Origin: an uncultured delta proteobacterium
GTDB taxonomy: Bacteria > Desulfobacterota > Desulfuromonadia > Geobacterales > Pseudopelobacteraceae
Length of the DNA stretch: 64,000 bases
Reading direction: 5' to 3'
Assembly (NCBI GenBank): GCA_963772835.1
Contig: CAVYYZ010000003.1
Location: 64,001-128,000 of the forward strand
The position numbers were made by a program, and so were the translations under genes. The notes beneath the pieces are model-generated. The model worked only from the letters and a program-made list of their open reading frames with translations. It was not told the DNA's origin and ran no database searches. This document shows, piece by piece, positions 21,972 through 32,300 of the stretch. The stretch's first letter is position 1; each line of letters starts with the position of its first letter.

Positions 21972-22880
21972 TTATTCCACGGGTGAATTAATCTTTACGG
22001 GGCGTGCAGCATCATTCGTTTTTTTTGACATACACGCAAGTGCGATACCTCCAAGAATACCAGCCGAACTGAGCAGGAGTCGAAGGGTAATTGTTTCGCC
22101 AAGGAAAATAACGCCTCCCGCAGCCGCTATAACAGGAACACTCAATTGAATAGTTGCCGCATGTGCCGCCTTCAATCCGGGAAGCGCTGCATACCAGACT
22201 GCGTATCCCACTCCTGAAGCCAGTCCGCCTGAAATAACCGCATACCAGACACCCGCTCCGTCCAGTGATATTCCGGCGGGTTTGGCCATGACCAGGAGTG
22301 CGGCGAATGGTACGGCGCGAAGAAAATTTCCTGCTGTTGCGGCCGTCGGATTACCCGGAATGTTCCCCCGCAAAGAATAAATGCCCCAGGCTACTCCGGC
22401 AGCCAGCATCAATGCGGATCCAGCCGGCGGCGGAGCCGTCAATCCAGGGAGTAACAGGAAGATCAGACCGCTAAAAGCTGCACATGCGCCGATGACCTGC
22501 TGGCCACCCATTTTTTCCCCGCGCATCAAGCCATGGCCAATCATGGTTACCTGAACAGCACCGAAGAGTATCAAGGCACCGGTTGCGGCGGGTAACTGCA
22601 CATAGGCAAAAGAAAAACCGGCAGCATAGACAAACAAAGCAATGGCAGACAGCCAGCTTCCTGCCAAACCCTTTGGTGTTTCTCTTGACCGCACAATCAG
22701 CCAGAGTACGACCGCTCCGGAAATAATACGTACGGCAGTAAAGCTGGCTGCATCAATGTCAGTATTCCTGAGTGCCATTCGGCACAGCAATGAGTTGGCC
22801 GCGAAGGCGGTCATGGCAAAAATCACGAGCAATGACGTACGTGCGGGTTCCTCCATAGTGAGAAACTTATGATACTTCAA
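21972..22880 (-). CDS. DMT/EamA family transporter
   Basis: Ten TM segments, AFAANSLLCR, IQLSVPVIAA..G..FLGE; start uncertain. Confidence 0.9.
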   Translation of the reverse strand: MKYHKFLTMEEPARTSLLVIFAMTAFAANSLLCRMALRNTDIDAASFTAVRIISGAVVLWLIVRSRETPKGLAGSWLSAIALFVYAAGFSFAYVQLPAATGALILFGAVQVTMIGHGLMRGEKMGGQQVIGACAAFSGLIFLLLPGLTAPPPAGSALMLAAGVAWGIYSLRGNIPGNPTAATAGNFLRAVPFAALLVMAKPAGISLDGAGVWYAVISGGLASGVGYAVWYAALPGLKAAHAATIQLSVPVIAAAGGVIFLGETITLRLLLSSAGILGGIALACMSKKTNDAARPVKINSPVE

Positions 22881-23027
22881 TGTGTGAGCCTCGTTTCAAA
22901 GCAAAGAATACCGTCCAGCGGGTTCATACATTATCCGGCACTGTTGAACGGTTCAACAGATGGGGGCACATGCCGTTCTCCGGGGAAATTATTTTCCCTG
23001 TTTTCCCGGTTTGTATCGATATATACA

Positions 23028-23975
23028 TCACAACGTTCGATTTTTTTTATCCTTTTCCAGAAGATCCATCAGCGTTTCAGTCCTGAGCGTAACCATTTTA
23101 TCCTTCATTTCAGGAGTCCAATCATAAAAGCCTTTACCCGACTTTAAGCCAAGATTACCTTCTTCAACTAATTTCTGCAGTATTCCAGAGGGTTCAGATG
23201 CATGTGATAAATCTGCAAAAAGGTACTCAGATATGCTGTGAAAAATATCGAGACCCCCCATGTCAGCACTGCAGAACGGACCGGTCACCGGAAGGCGCCG
23301 GCCGTGCCCGTAAATAATCGCCTTGTCTACCTCTTCAGCATCTGCATAGCCCTGCTCTACGATGTACAAAGCTTCTCTCAAGAGGGCCAACTGAAGTCTG
23401 TTGCCTATAAACCCGGGGCACTCTCTGTTCATGCGAACCGGTTGTTTGTCAAGCGCCCTAATCCATTCAACCGTCCTGTCCATTGTTTCTTTAGAGGTTT
23501 TTTCACCTGGAACAATCTCCACAAGCGGGATAAGTTGGGGTGGATTCCAAAAGTGTGCAACCACGACTCTTTCCGGGTGTGTAAGGTCTTTTGCAATTGC
23601 AGTCGGGCTTAATCCGGAGGTGTTTGTGGCAAGAATGACATCAGGGCTGCATATCTCATCCAATTCTTTAAAAACTTTCTGCTTGAATTCAAGCTTTTCA
23701 GGTAAACATTCAATTACCAGGTCGGCAGATTCCACGGCTTCTCTGATAGTCAGCACACAGGTAATTCTCTGCAAAATAGTGGCACTGAAATTATCTCTGA
23801 GTTTCCCGAGTCGTTTCATGGTGCTGATATTTTCTGTAATAGTATGTATAGCCGTCGCGAGCACTTCTTCGGAGAGATCACACAGCACCACATTACAGGA
23901 AGCGATAGCGGCAAGTTCAGCTATGCCATGTCCCATTGTCCCTGCGCCTAACACAGCAACATTCTTGATTCCCAT
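23028..23975 (-). CDS. 3-hydroxyacyl-CoA dehydrogenase family protein
   Basis: GAGTMGHG, ATNTSG, HFWNPP...VEIV, PGFIGNRLQ. Confidence 0.92.
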   Translation of the reverse strand: MGIKNVAVLGAGTMGHGIAELAAIASCNVVLCDLSEEVLATAIHTITENISTMKRLGKLRDNFSATILQRITCVLTIREAVESADLVIECLPEKLEFKQKVFKELDEICSPDVILATNTSGLSPTAIAKDLTHPERVVVAHFWNPPQLIPLVEIVPGEKTSKETMDRTVEWIRALDKQPVRMNRECPGFIGNRLQLALLREALYIVEQGYADAEEVDKAIIYGHGRRLPVTGPFCSADMGGLDIFHSISEYLFADLSHASEPSGILQKLVEEGNLGLKSGKGFYDWTPEMKDKMVTLRTETLMDLLEKDKKNRTL

Positions 23976-24218
23976 GCCACCTCCCTATCCCGTGCATAAA
24001 TGGTCATTAAAACTGCATCTGTTGTTGAAACTCGTTAAGCAACTGTAGAGACTTGATTATAGATACTTTAGGCAAAAAAACCGGATAATTATTTACAGGC
24101 ATGTATTCATATAAGGCTTGTGTGAATGAAAAACTCTCAAGAGTCTGACCATTCTTAAAGGAAAGTTTTCTTATCATGCTTTACTAAGTATATATGAAAA
24201 GATTAAAACCAGTTAAAC

Positions 24219-24905
24219 TCAAGCCAGGCCAAACAGCCATACAAGTCCTACCGAAACAAAGACGGCCGGCAGCATATTTCCGACCGGCAGGCGCTTGACC
24301 CCGATTAAGTCCAGGCCGATTGCGACAATCAGCAGGCCGCCGACGGCATTCATCTCAAGTATGACCGTTTCTGTCAGCAGTGACGTGGCATATTCTGCTG
24401 CAATAGTGATACTTCCCTGATACAGAGCCACAGGAAGCGCCGAGAAGAGAACGCCGATTCCAAGCGTTGAGGCCAGCGCAATTGATGCCACGCCGTCCAA
24501 TGCGGCTTTTGCGTAAAGGATCGTCGGTGAGTCGCTGAGTCCATCCTGAAGTGATCCCATGATCGCCATAGCGCCGACACAGTACAACAGGCTGGCTGCA
24601 ACAAAACCTTCAGCGACATCACCTGATCCGGAAAAACGTCGTTGCAGCAGCCTGCCAAATGACTCCAGGCGCGCCTCAATCTGTAAAAGTTCTCCGAGAA
24701 CCGCCCCGACAATCAAGCTGCCGATCACGATCATCGGTTGTCTGCTCTTCAGGGCTAATTGCAGGCCTATCAGAAGTACCGTCAGTCCCAGGCCGGCCAT
24801 GACAGTTTTACGTATCCTGACGGGAATATGGGGGCCGGCGAAGCGTCCGATTAAAGAGCCTGCGCAGATTGCGGCAACATTTACAATAGTTCCTGTTAAA
24901 ATCAT
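24219..24905 (-). CDS. DUF554 family membrane protein
   Basis: GTIVN, ASLLYCVGAMAIMGS, AKAALDG, NMLPA. Confidence 0.9.
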   Translation of the reverse strand: MILTGTIVNVAAICAGSLIGRFAGPHIPVRIRKTVMAGLGLTVLLIGLQLALKSRQPMIVIGSLIVGAVLGELLQIEARLESFGRLLQRRFSGSGDVAEGFVAASLLYCVGAMAIMGSLQDGLSDSPTILYAKAALDGVASIALASTLGIGVLFSALPVALYQGSITIAAEYATSLLTETVILEMNAVGGLLIVAIGLDLIGVKRLPVGNMLPAVFVSVGLVWLFGLA

Positions 24906-25482
24906 CGTGAAATATCCTCTTGTACAGACGCGTTCTTCAAGATCTGGTTTTGACGTGAAGGGATTTCATTAGTGTTGACTTGATCGGTAATGAGACAGCC
25001 TGGAGTGATGTCTCCCTTACACCGCAACACTTCAATCAACTGATAAACCATTTATTTTTTAAGAAGTTATCGGTTTTATGATTTCAGCCGCTTCTCGGAA
25101 TTATGATATCATCATGTTTCGATGATTAATATTATTATGTCCACCGGAATTGTTCTGCTGGCAGCAGTAACTGGTATGTTGTTCAATGCCCCTGGCGTGG
25201 ATGATCGGGGATTTGGAAAAACAGTACGTTTAAGGATGACAGATTGTAGACGTATGGCCGGATGTAACAATCAGTTGTTTGTCACCATTATGCCATACTA
25301 TAACTTGTGCCGCAGAAACGAGACAGATATTGTCTTTTTTGAACTAAATCGTTTACTTTTCTGATACTGTACGAACCCGATTCCCTTATATTTTCTGATG
25401 AGCGATCGTCCGGCACTGAATCGGGTCAACGTAGAGATGGGCCTGGCATCACAGCGGCGTTGATGATCTGGAGTTATACTAC

Positions 25483-26685
25483 ATGCCTCTTCCCCGCATT
25501 ACCCATAAACGCCGGATAGTCCAGGGCGTTTTGATCGCTGCCGCGCTGCTACTCCCTTTTGCAACGATATCCGGCAATCCGTTCCTGCGTATGGATATTG
25601 TGAAAATGACGCTTTTCCTGGCCGGTATTCCGCTCAGAATTGACCAGTTCTATCTCGTGCTGCTGACGATTCTTATGTGTGTTGCCGCTTTTCTGCTGGT
25701 GACGGTCGTACTCGGGCGTGTCTGGTGCGGCTGGCTATGCCCCCAGACAGTCTTCAACGATCTGCTTGAGCTGATTGCACGACGATTCCGGTCGAAGGTT
25801 TCTCCGCGTGCTGCGCGCCTGATCGAACATCTTTTCGCTCTGGTCATTGCCAAGCTGATCGCATTCAACCTGTTCTGCTGGTTTATGCCGCCCCCGCAGG
25901 TAGCCTCCGATCTTCTCAATTTCCCCGAACATCCGCTCATTTTTGCAGCCTTTCTTCTCCTGACCCTGTTCGGCTATCTCAACCTGATTCTGGTCAAGCG
26001 GAGTTTCTGCCGCAGTTACTGCCCGTACGGCAGATTTCAGACGGCTCTGATGGATGCCGGTACCCTGAACCTTGCCTTTCTGGAGGAAACCCGCGATCGC
26101 TGCCTGCGCTGCAGCGCCTGTGTCCGGACCTGCCCGATGGAAATTGATATCCGCAACGGCTTTCAGATTGAATGTATCGGCTGCGGGCGCTGTATCGACG
26201 CGTGCCGTTCCGTCATGGAGAACCAGCCGGATGGGATCGGGCTGATCGATTACCGTTTCGGTACCGTGAAAGGGACCCGCTTTCGAGTGGGGAAGACAAC
26301 CGCTGTACTGCTGGTCGTGACGTTGCTCCTTGCCGCTGGAGTCGTGTGGGGAGTAGCGGGGAGAAGCCGGACCGCCTTTGCGGTGTCGCGAGTTGCAACC
26401 GCTGATGTCCGGCAGCTGCCTGACGGCTCCACCGCACAACCATGGCGTGCCATAATCGGCAATCGCTCCGAGAGCCCGCAGATTTATTCCATCAGGATTA
26501 CAGGGGAATCCTCCGACGGCGCCGAACTGCTCGGTCCGGTTCGTGATATCACGATAGCGGCAAATCAGCATCAGGAAATCACTTTCATGATCCACTTCGC
26601 AAAGAACTCCGGTCGTTCCGGGAAACTTCCGCTTCAACTGCTGAACGGCGACCGGCCGGTAGCGTCTGTGACAGTTTCGCCATGA
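25483..26685 (+). CDS. ccoG: CcoG/FixG-family 4Fe-4S membrane protein
   Basis: GRVWCGWLCPQT, FCRSYCPYGRFQ, CLRCSACVRTCPMEIDIR, ECIGCGRCIDAC; C-terminal FixG Ig-like domain. Confidence 0.9.
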   Translation: MPLPRITHKRRIVQGVLIAAALLLPFATISGNPFLRMDIVKMTLFLAGIPLRIDQFYLVLLTILMCVAAFLLVTVVLGRVWCGWLCPQTVFNDLLELIARRFRSKVSPRAARLIEHLFALVIAKLIAFNLFCWFMPPPQVASDLLNFPEHPLIFAAFLLLTLFGYLNLILVKRSFCRSYCPYGRFQTALMDAGTLNLAFLEETRDRCLRCSACVRTCPMEIDIRNGFQIECIGCGRCIDACRSVMENQPDGIGLIDYRFGTVKGTRFRVGKTTAVLLVVTLLLAAGVVWGVAGRSRTAFAVSRVATADVRQLPDGSTAQPWRAIIGNRSESPQIYSIRITGESSDGAELLGPVRDITIAANQHQEITFMIHFAKNSGRSGKLPLQLLNGDRPVASVTVSP

Positions 26686-29108
26686 GTATACATACTGAAC
26701 AGAACTGCAGTCACTGCGGCATCAGCTTCCGCTGGAAAGCGATCGTCAGCAGCGACCTTGACGGCGACCGGAGCGTCTTCTGCTGCCGGGGATGTCAGGG
26801 CGCTTATCGCATGATCTGCGATGCCGGACTGGAAAACTTTTATCAGCGATCAGACCGTGAGACTCCGACGGTAGCCGCTTCACTTTCCGCCACCTTCAAT
26901 GATGCCGATCTGGCGCATCACCTGATTCCGGAGGGGGACCTTTGCCGGATCGACATACTGATCGGCGGAATTACCTGCCCTTCCTGCGTCTGGCTGCTGG
27001 AGCGGATGCTGGTCCGCACACCGGGGGTCGAATACGTCAGTATCTCCTACAGCGGCGGGATTGCGTCGCTCCGTTTCGATCCTTTGCTGGTTACGCCGCT
27101 GGAACTGTTCTCCGTCATCGTCCGCCTCGGTTATGTTCCGCGCCCCTATTCAGCCGATCAGTCGGAAAAAGTGGCGCGGCGCGAACGGGATGATCTGCTG
27201 CTCCGTTTCGGTACTGCCCTGTTTCTGACCATGCAGCTGATGGCCTATTCCTATGCCCTGTATGCCGGGTTTTTTCAGGGGATGGGGAGTGACATGAAGC
27301 ATTTTCTGCAGTACGTGTCCCTGCTGGTGACAACTCCGGTTGTGTTCTACTCCGGCTGGCCGTTTATCTCCGGTGCCTGGCGTTCGCTCAAAACCGCTGC
27401 TCCCGGAATGGATCTGCTGATCGCGATGGGGGCACTTTCCGCATGGTCCTACAGCGTCTGGGCAACCGTTGCCGGTCAGGAAACCTATTTTGAAAGTGCG
27501 GCAATGATCGTGACGTTTGTCCTGATCGGCCGTCTGCTTGAGCTGTCGGTGCGTCGCCGCGCCATGTCCGGCATCAGCTCCCTGTATGCTGCCGCCCCGC
27601 AACGGGCGACGCCGGTGGGTGGGGGGGGGGACCGCACGGTCGATGTTGAAGAGGTCCGTCCGGGAGATCTGTTGCTGGTCCGGCAGGGGGAGCGTTTCCC
27701 GGTTGATTGCCTGATTGTGGAAGGGGAGACGGAGGTTGATCAGGCGCTGGCTACCGGCGAGAGTCAGCCGGTCCTGCTGGGCTGCGGGGACGATGTCCGT
27801 TCCGGCTGTGTCAATGTGGCAGCACCGGTGACGGTGCAGGCGCTCAGACCTGCCGGTCAGAGTTATCTGATGCGGGTCGCGGCGCTGGTGCAGATGGCGC
27901 AGTCCGGGAAACCGAAGCTGCAGCAGCTGGCCGACCGGGTTTCCGCCTGGTTCGTGCCGGCAGTTATTCTGCTGGCGCTGCTGGTGTGTGCGGGGCGACT
28001 GCTCTATTTCGGCGACAGCGCCGCTGCGGCGATCATGTCGGCACTGTCGGTCATTCTGATCGCCTGTCCCTGCGCAATGGGTCTGGCGGTTCCGGCCGCA
28101 GTGCTCGCGGCGTGCAGCCGCTCGGCATCACTCGGCATCATTCTGCGGGGGGGAGATGTCATTGAACGACTGGCATCGGTCTCCACAGCGCTGTTCGACA
28201 AAACTGGCACGATCACCTGCGGTCAGCCCGGCGTCATCCGGTTTGACACTTATTCCGGTTATTCCGATGCTGTCGTCCTCCAGGCCGCAACTACACTTGA
28301 AGAACAGGCATCTCACCCGCTGGCGAGAGCTATCGTTCAGCATGCGGCCGACCATGGCTATCAGCCCGAACCGTGCCATGATTTTCGTTCGGTTCCGGGG
28401 CGGGGGATTTCGGCACTTCTTCCGGACGGGGAGTCGGTACTCTGCGGCAGCGAAGCGTTCCTTCTTGAGCAGGAAGTGCCGGCAGAGATCGAGAGCTGCT
28501 TCGACAGCGCCGCTACCACCGTTCTGGTCGCCATAGACGGAGAGCTGGCGGGACGTTTTCTTTTAATCGATCAACTGCGGAAAGGAGCTGAGGCTGCGAT
28601 ATCCGGGCTTGCCTCGGAGGGGATGGACATCAGCTTCATCAGTGGTGACCATCAGAACACGGTAGAGCGGATAGCCGCAGAAATTGGCGTTACATCATCC
28701 TTTGGCGGCATGACGCCGGATCAGAAACTTACCCGAGTCACGGAACTTCAGCAGCGGGGGCGCAGGGTGCTGATGGTCGGTGACGGCGTCAACGATGCGC
28801 CTGCGTTGGCGGCCGCGACGGTCAGCTGCTCATTGTCCGGATCAAGCGATATCGCTCTTGAAAATGCCGATGTCATCATTACCGGAGACGATCTTTCGCG
28901 CATTGCAACAGCGTACCGGATCAGCCGGGCGACCATGGTTATCATAAAGCAGAACCTTGCCTGGGCTTTCGTGTATAATATAATCGGCATACCGCTGGCG
29001 ATGACCGGTCTTCTTACTCCGGTCTACGCCGCCGTCGCCATGACCGCCAGCTCACTGCTGGTTTCGCTTAACTCGCTCCGCCTGATGAGGTTCAAGCACC
29101 ATGGATGA
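26682..29108 (+). CDS. ccoI: CcoI/FixI-type copper P1B ATPase
   Basis: CxHC..FCCxGC N-domain, GITCPSC HMA, TGES, CPCAMG, DKTGT, GDGVND; ATGA overlap with ccoG. Confidence 0.92.
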   Translation: MSIHTEQNCSHCGISFRWKAIVSSDLDGDRSVFCCRGCQGAYRMICDAGLENFYQRSDRETPTVAASLSATFNDADLAHHLIPEGDLCRIDILIGGITCPSCVWLLERMLVRTPGVEYVSISYSGGIASLRFDPLLVTPLELFSVIVRLGYVPRPYSADQSEKVARRERDDLLLRFGTALFLTMQLMAYSYALYAGFFQGMGSDMKHFLQYVSLLVTTPVVFYSGWPFISGAWRSLKTAAPGMDLLIAMGALSAWSYSVWATVAGQETYFESAAMIVTFVLIGRLLELSVRRRAMSGISSLYAAAPQRATPVGGGGDRTVDVEEVRPGDLLLVRQGERFPVDCLIVEGETEVDQALATGESQPVLLGCGDDVRSGCVNVAAPVTVQALRPAGQSYLMRVAALVQMAQSGKPKLQQLADRVSAWFVPAVILLALLVCAGRLLYFGDSAAAAIMSALSVILIACPCAMGLAVPAAVLAACSRSASLGIILRGGDVIERLASVSTALFDKTGTITCGQPGVIRFDTYSGYSDAVVLQAATTLEEQASHPLARAIVQHAADHGYQPEPCHDFRSVPGRGISALLPDGESVLCGSEAFLLEQEVPAEIESCFDSAATTVLVAIDGELAGRFLLIDQLRKGAEAAISGLASEGMDISFISGDHQNTVERIAAEIGVTSSFGGMTPDQKLTRVTELQQRGRRVLMVGDGVNDAPALAAATVSCSLSGSSDIALENADVIITGDDLSRIATAYRISRATMVIIKQNLAWAFVYNIIGIPLAMTGLLTPVYAAVAMTASSLLVSLNSLRLMRFKHHG

Positions 29109-29241
29109 AAGTCTGATTATTCTGATTATATTGTCACTATGCCTGGGTGCCGGGTGCTGGCTGATATTCATCTGGGCAGTCAAGAAGGGTGAATTCGAGG
29201 ATGTTGAGAAGCCGAAGCATCGCATGCTGGATGATGATTGA
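29101..29241 (+). CDS. ccoS: cbb3-type oxidase maturation protein CcoS/FixS (46 aa, below ORF-track cutoff)
   Basis: MDESLIILIILSLCLGAGCWLIFIWAVKKGEFEDVEKPKHRMLDDD matches the WAVxxGxFxD..RML motif; overlaps ccoI stop. Confidence 0.9.
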   Translation: MDESLIILIILSLCLGAGCWLIFIWAVKKGEFEDVEKPKHRMLDDD

Positions 29242-29307
29242 CGTTGCGATGTTGTGCGGAAATAGGTATTTTGAGCTGAGAATGCAGTTATTTACAGAAA
29301 TCATACA

Positions 29308-32300
29308 ATGTCGTTTATGAGCACTTTCATGCATAAAATACCTGTCAAACGAATCTGTAAAATAGCCGTGTTCGCCATTTTTGCCGGCGTGTTGCTGCTG
29401 TCTGTCACGCTTGCATCTCTCCCGACTCTCATCAACAGCCACACTGTGCAAAACCGGATTCAAAAGGCGCTTTCCTCCTCGATGAAACGTCAGGTGGCTT
29501 GGTCGAATCTCGTCATGACCTGGCCGGCCGGACTTACGCTCTCCGGTTTCACGTTCGGTGACGGACCGGCACCTCTTCTCAGAGCAGAAATAGATCGGAT
29601 TACGATCGTTCCCGGTTTCGGCCGTGGAACAGACGGCGGCTTCGGCATTGACCTGACGATCCGGATACACACTGTTCGGGCTGATCTTGCCCCCGGGCCG
29701 GCCAAACCGCCATCTCCAAAACCGGCCAAGGATCCGTTGACCCTGCTGGCGGAAACAATTCAAAAAGTTCAGAAACTCGATGTTCCGTTGCCGGTTGATC
29801 TGCGCGTCATGGTTGAAGTGGCACCGATGCAGGTTACGTACCACGCTCCGCCGCCGGGGAAACAGCTGCAGCTGCGTGATTTTTCGCTCCGCTTTGCAAT
29901 GCCGTCGCTGGCCGCCAGGCCGGTTACGGCAGAGGTGAACGGCCGGGTATCGGCGAACGGGCATGACGTGGGGAACGTCACTTTCAACGCGAAGGTGAGT
30001 GATCTGGTGACTAAAACATCCCGGGTCCATCTTGCCTCTGCGCTCTTTTCCGTTGATACGACCGCGCCCGGCACGAGCATGACACTTACCGGCGGGCTCA
30101 GCCAGTCGGAAGGTTTTGCCGCGCGTGTGAAACTTGATCTGCCCGGGTTTCAGGCGATAGCCGGCCCCTTTATTCCACCCACGGTTCCGAAGCTGGAGGG
30201 GAACTTCGAACTTCTGCTTCGGGCAAAGAGCGATGCGAATCGAGACCTGCATGCCTCGCTGACTATTGACGGGTCCGGTCTGGCCGCACGGGGAGGTTCG
30301 CTGAAAGCAAAGAAGGTCGGACCGCTCGACCTGAAGCTGCGGCAACTGATTGCCACCGATCATACTCGTCAGCGGGTTGATTTTTCCTCCGGCACCCTGT
30401 CCATTCCGGGGCTGCTTGATGCCGCGTGGAACGCCTCAGTCACCCGTCCGACTTCTCCGGAACGGGCACTGGAAATACGGTTCGGTCCTTTGCGGTTGGA
30501 TCTGGCCAGGGTGTTTTCCCTGTCTGCTCCATTTATACCAGCCACCGTTCCAGTCACAGACATTGCCGGGGAAGCATCCCTCCGCTCCCTGATCCTGCAC
30601 CTGAACGGCCCCGGTAATCATGGCACTCTTGCCGTCAACGGCTTCGGCATCATCATTCCGCGCGTTCGACTGGCGCTTGTCAAGGGGGATTTGACTGCAG
30701 AAAATACCGAACTAACCCTCGATATGGCTGAATGCCCGCTCTCCGCCACAGTGCCGACTAGACTAACGGCAGATCTGCTCTGGAGCATCGGGAAAACCCG
30801 CCTCTCCGGAGTCGAACCGCTTACTGTTCTGGGCATGCGCGGTAAAGTCGGAGTGGCGCTGTCCGACCTCAATTTGAAGGGCGCCTCGCCGCGCAGAGTT
30901 TCCGCTTCCGCCGTTATGACGCAAACCCTCGACCTTGACCGTGCCTCTCTCGGTATCCGGCTGACCGCCGAGAACGTACACGAACAGCTCCGCATACTGG
31001 CCCGGGCTGCCGACAACGGTGAAATAACGGCGGATCTTCCGGAATTCGCCGTTACCGTCGATTCTCTGCATGGTACCCAATCCGGCAGACGTATCGCTCC
31101 ATTTCCGCTTGCCGCTTCTCTGACCGCGACCGACCTTCATATCACGACCGTCAAAGGGGTTCGTCCGACTCTTAAACACGCTGCAGCGGTTATTTCTGCC
31201 GGCGATTTTCTGCGGTTTACCGCCGATGCGGCACTATCGGGGGCTTCACCACAGCGCGCCACCTCCAGCGGAACTGCACGGATTGACCTGCATCGCGCAC
31301 TGCCGTACGCCGCCCCCTTTGCTCCTAAAGGGTTGAAAGCGGACGGCGTCGTGACTGCGGTCTGGGATATGGCTGGGCCGCTGCCGGAAAAGGCACTTTC
31401 GGCCGAAAAACATCCGCTCCGGAATGCCAGAACCGTATTGTCGCTGTTTGACACACTGGAATTCGGGCTGAAACTTGATACAATCTCTGCATCGGTTCCG
31501 TCGGCCAGGGGGACAATCACTGTGACGGGCCTTCGTACCGGTCCTGAGCTGCACTTCGTGACAGCGCGAAAAGGAGAATCTGCCCGGTTTGACGGCGGTC
31601 TGCTGTTCGCAGGAGTGAACGGCCTCCCGGGGGCTGCCGGGAAGCTTCCCGTCCAGCACGGCTCGTTTGTCTTCAACGGCGAACTCTCCGGCTGGAGGGA
31701 ATTCCGCCTGAGTGAAGCGCTGCGGATCGATCCTCTGGCTCTTTCGCATGAGGCCGAGCTGAATGTCAGCCGCATCGATGCCCTGCTGGAAGAAAAAGAG
31801 CCGTTCAATACCGTGACACTGCTCAAACGTCTTGACGCCACTCTGATTGCCGGTTTTGACGGGAAGTTCTCACGCGGGATGAAACAGCTTCTGCCCGGAT
31901 TTGATGTGGCGGGAACAGTCAGCAGCGCTGTTCGTGTCGACCTCAGCGCCGCGCATGAACTTGCGCTTCGCTGCTCCCTGAGTACGAAGGATTTCGACGT
32001 CCAGATCGCCAACGGGACGAAGGTTGAAGGTCTCAGTTCCGATATTGCCGTTAATCGGGTCTATTCCCTGGCTGCGTCCACTGGTGAACGCTGGACACCG
32101 CTCTCTACGGCTCTTATCCGGCCTGCCGCAGTTGTCCCGGAGAATCCGGGTGCGGCGGAAATTATCGGCCGGATCCATGATGATCTTCGCGGTGACATGA
32201 ACGGCGCCCGTTCGTTCACTATCCGTCGCGTAACGACGAAAGCGTCCGGTGTGCCGCTGGTGATCACCGCGCTGGAGGGTGATCTGCTCTTTACCAGGGA

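Noticed and set aside
25122..25364. 80-aa ORF upstream of ccoG
   Set aside because: No clear RBS or recognisable motif; lies in an AT-rich divergent promoter region
25375..25426. Hammerhead ribozyme (CTGATGAG inside a 9-bp stem acccgattc/gaatcgggt)
   Set aside because: No GAAA core and no stems I and II; only a simple inverted repeat
25080..25480. FNR or Fur box upstream of ccoG
   Set aside because: No TTGAT-N4-ATCAA found; only weak AT-rich palindromes
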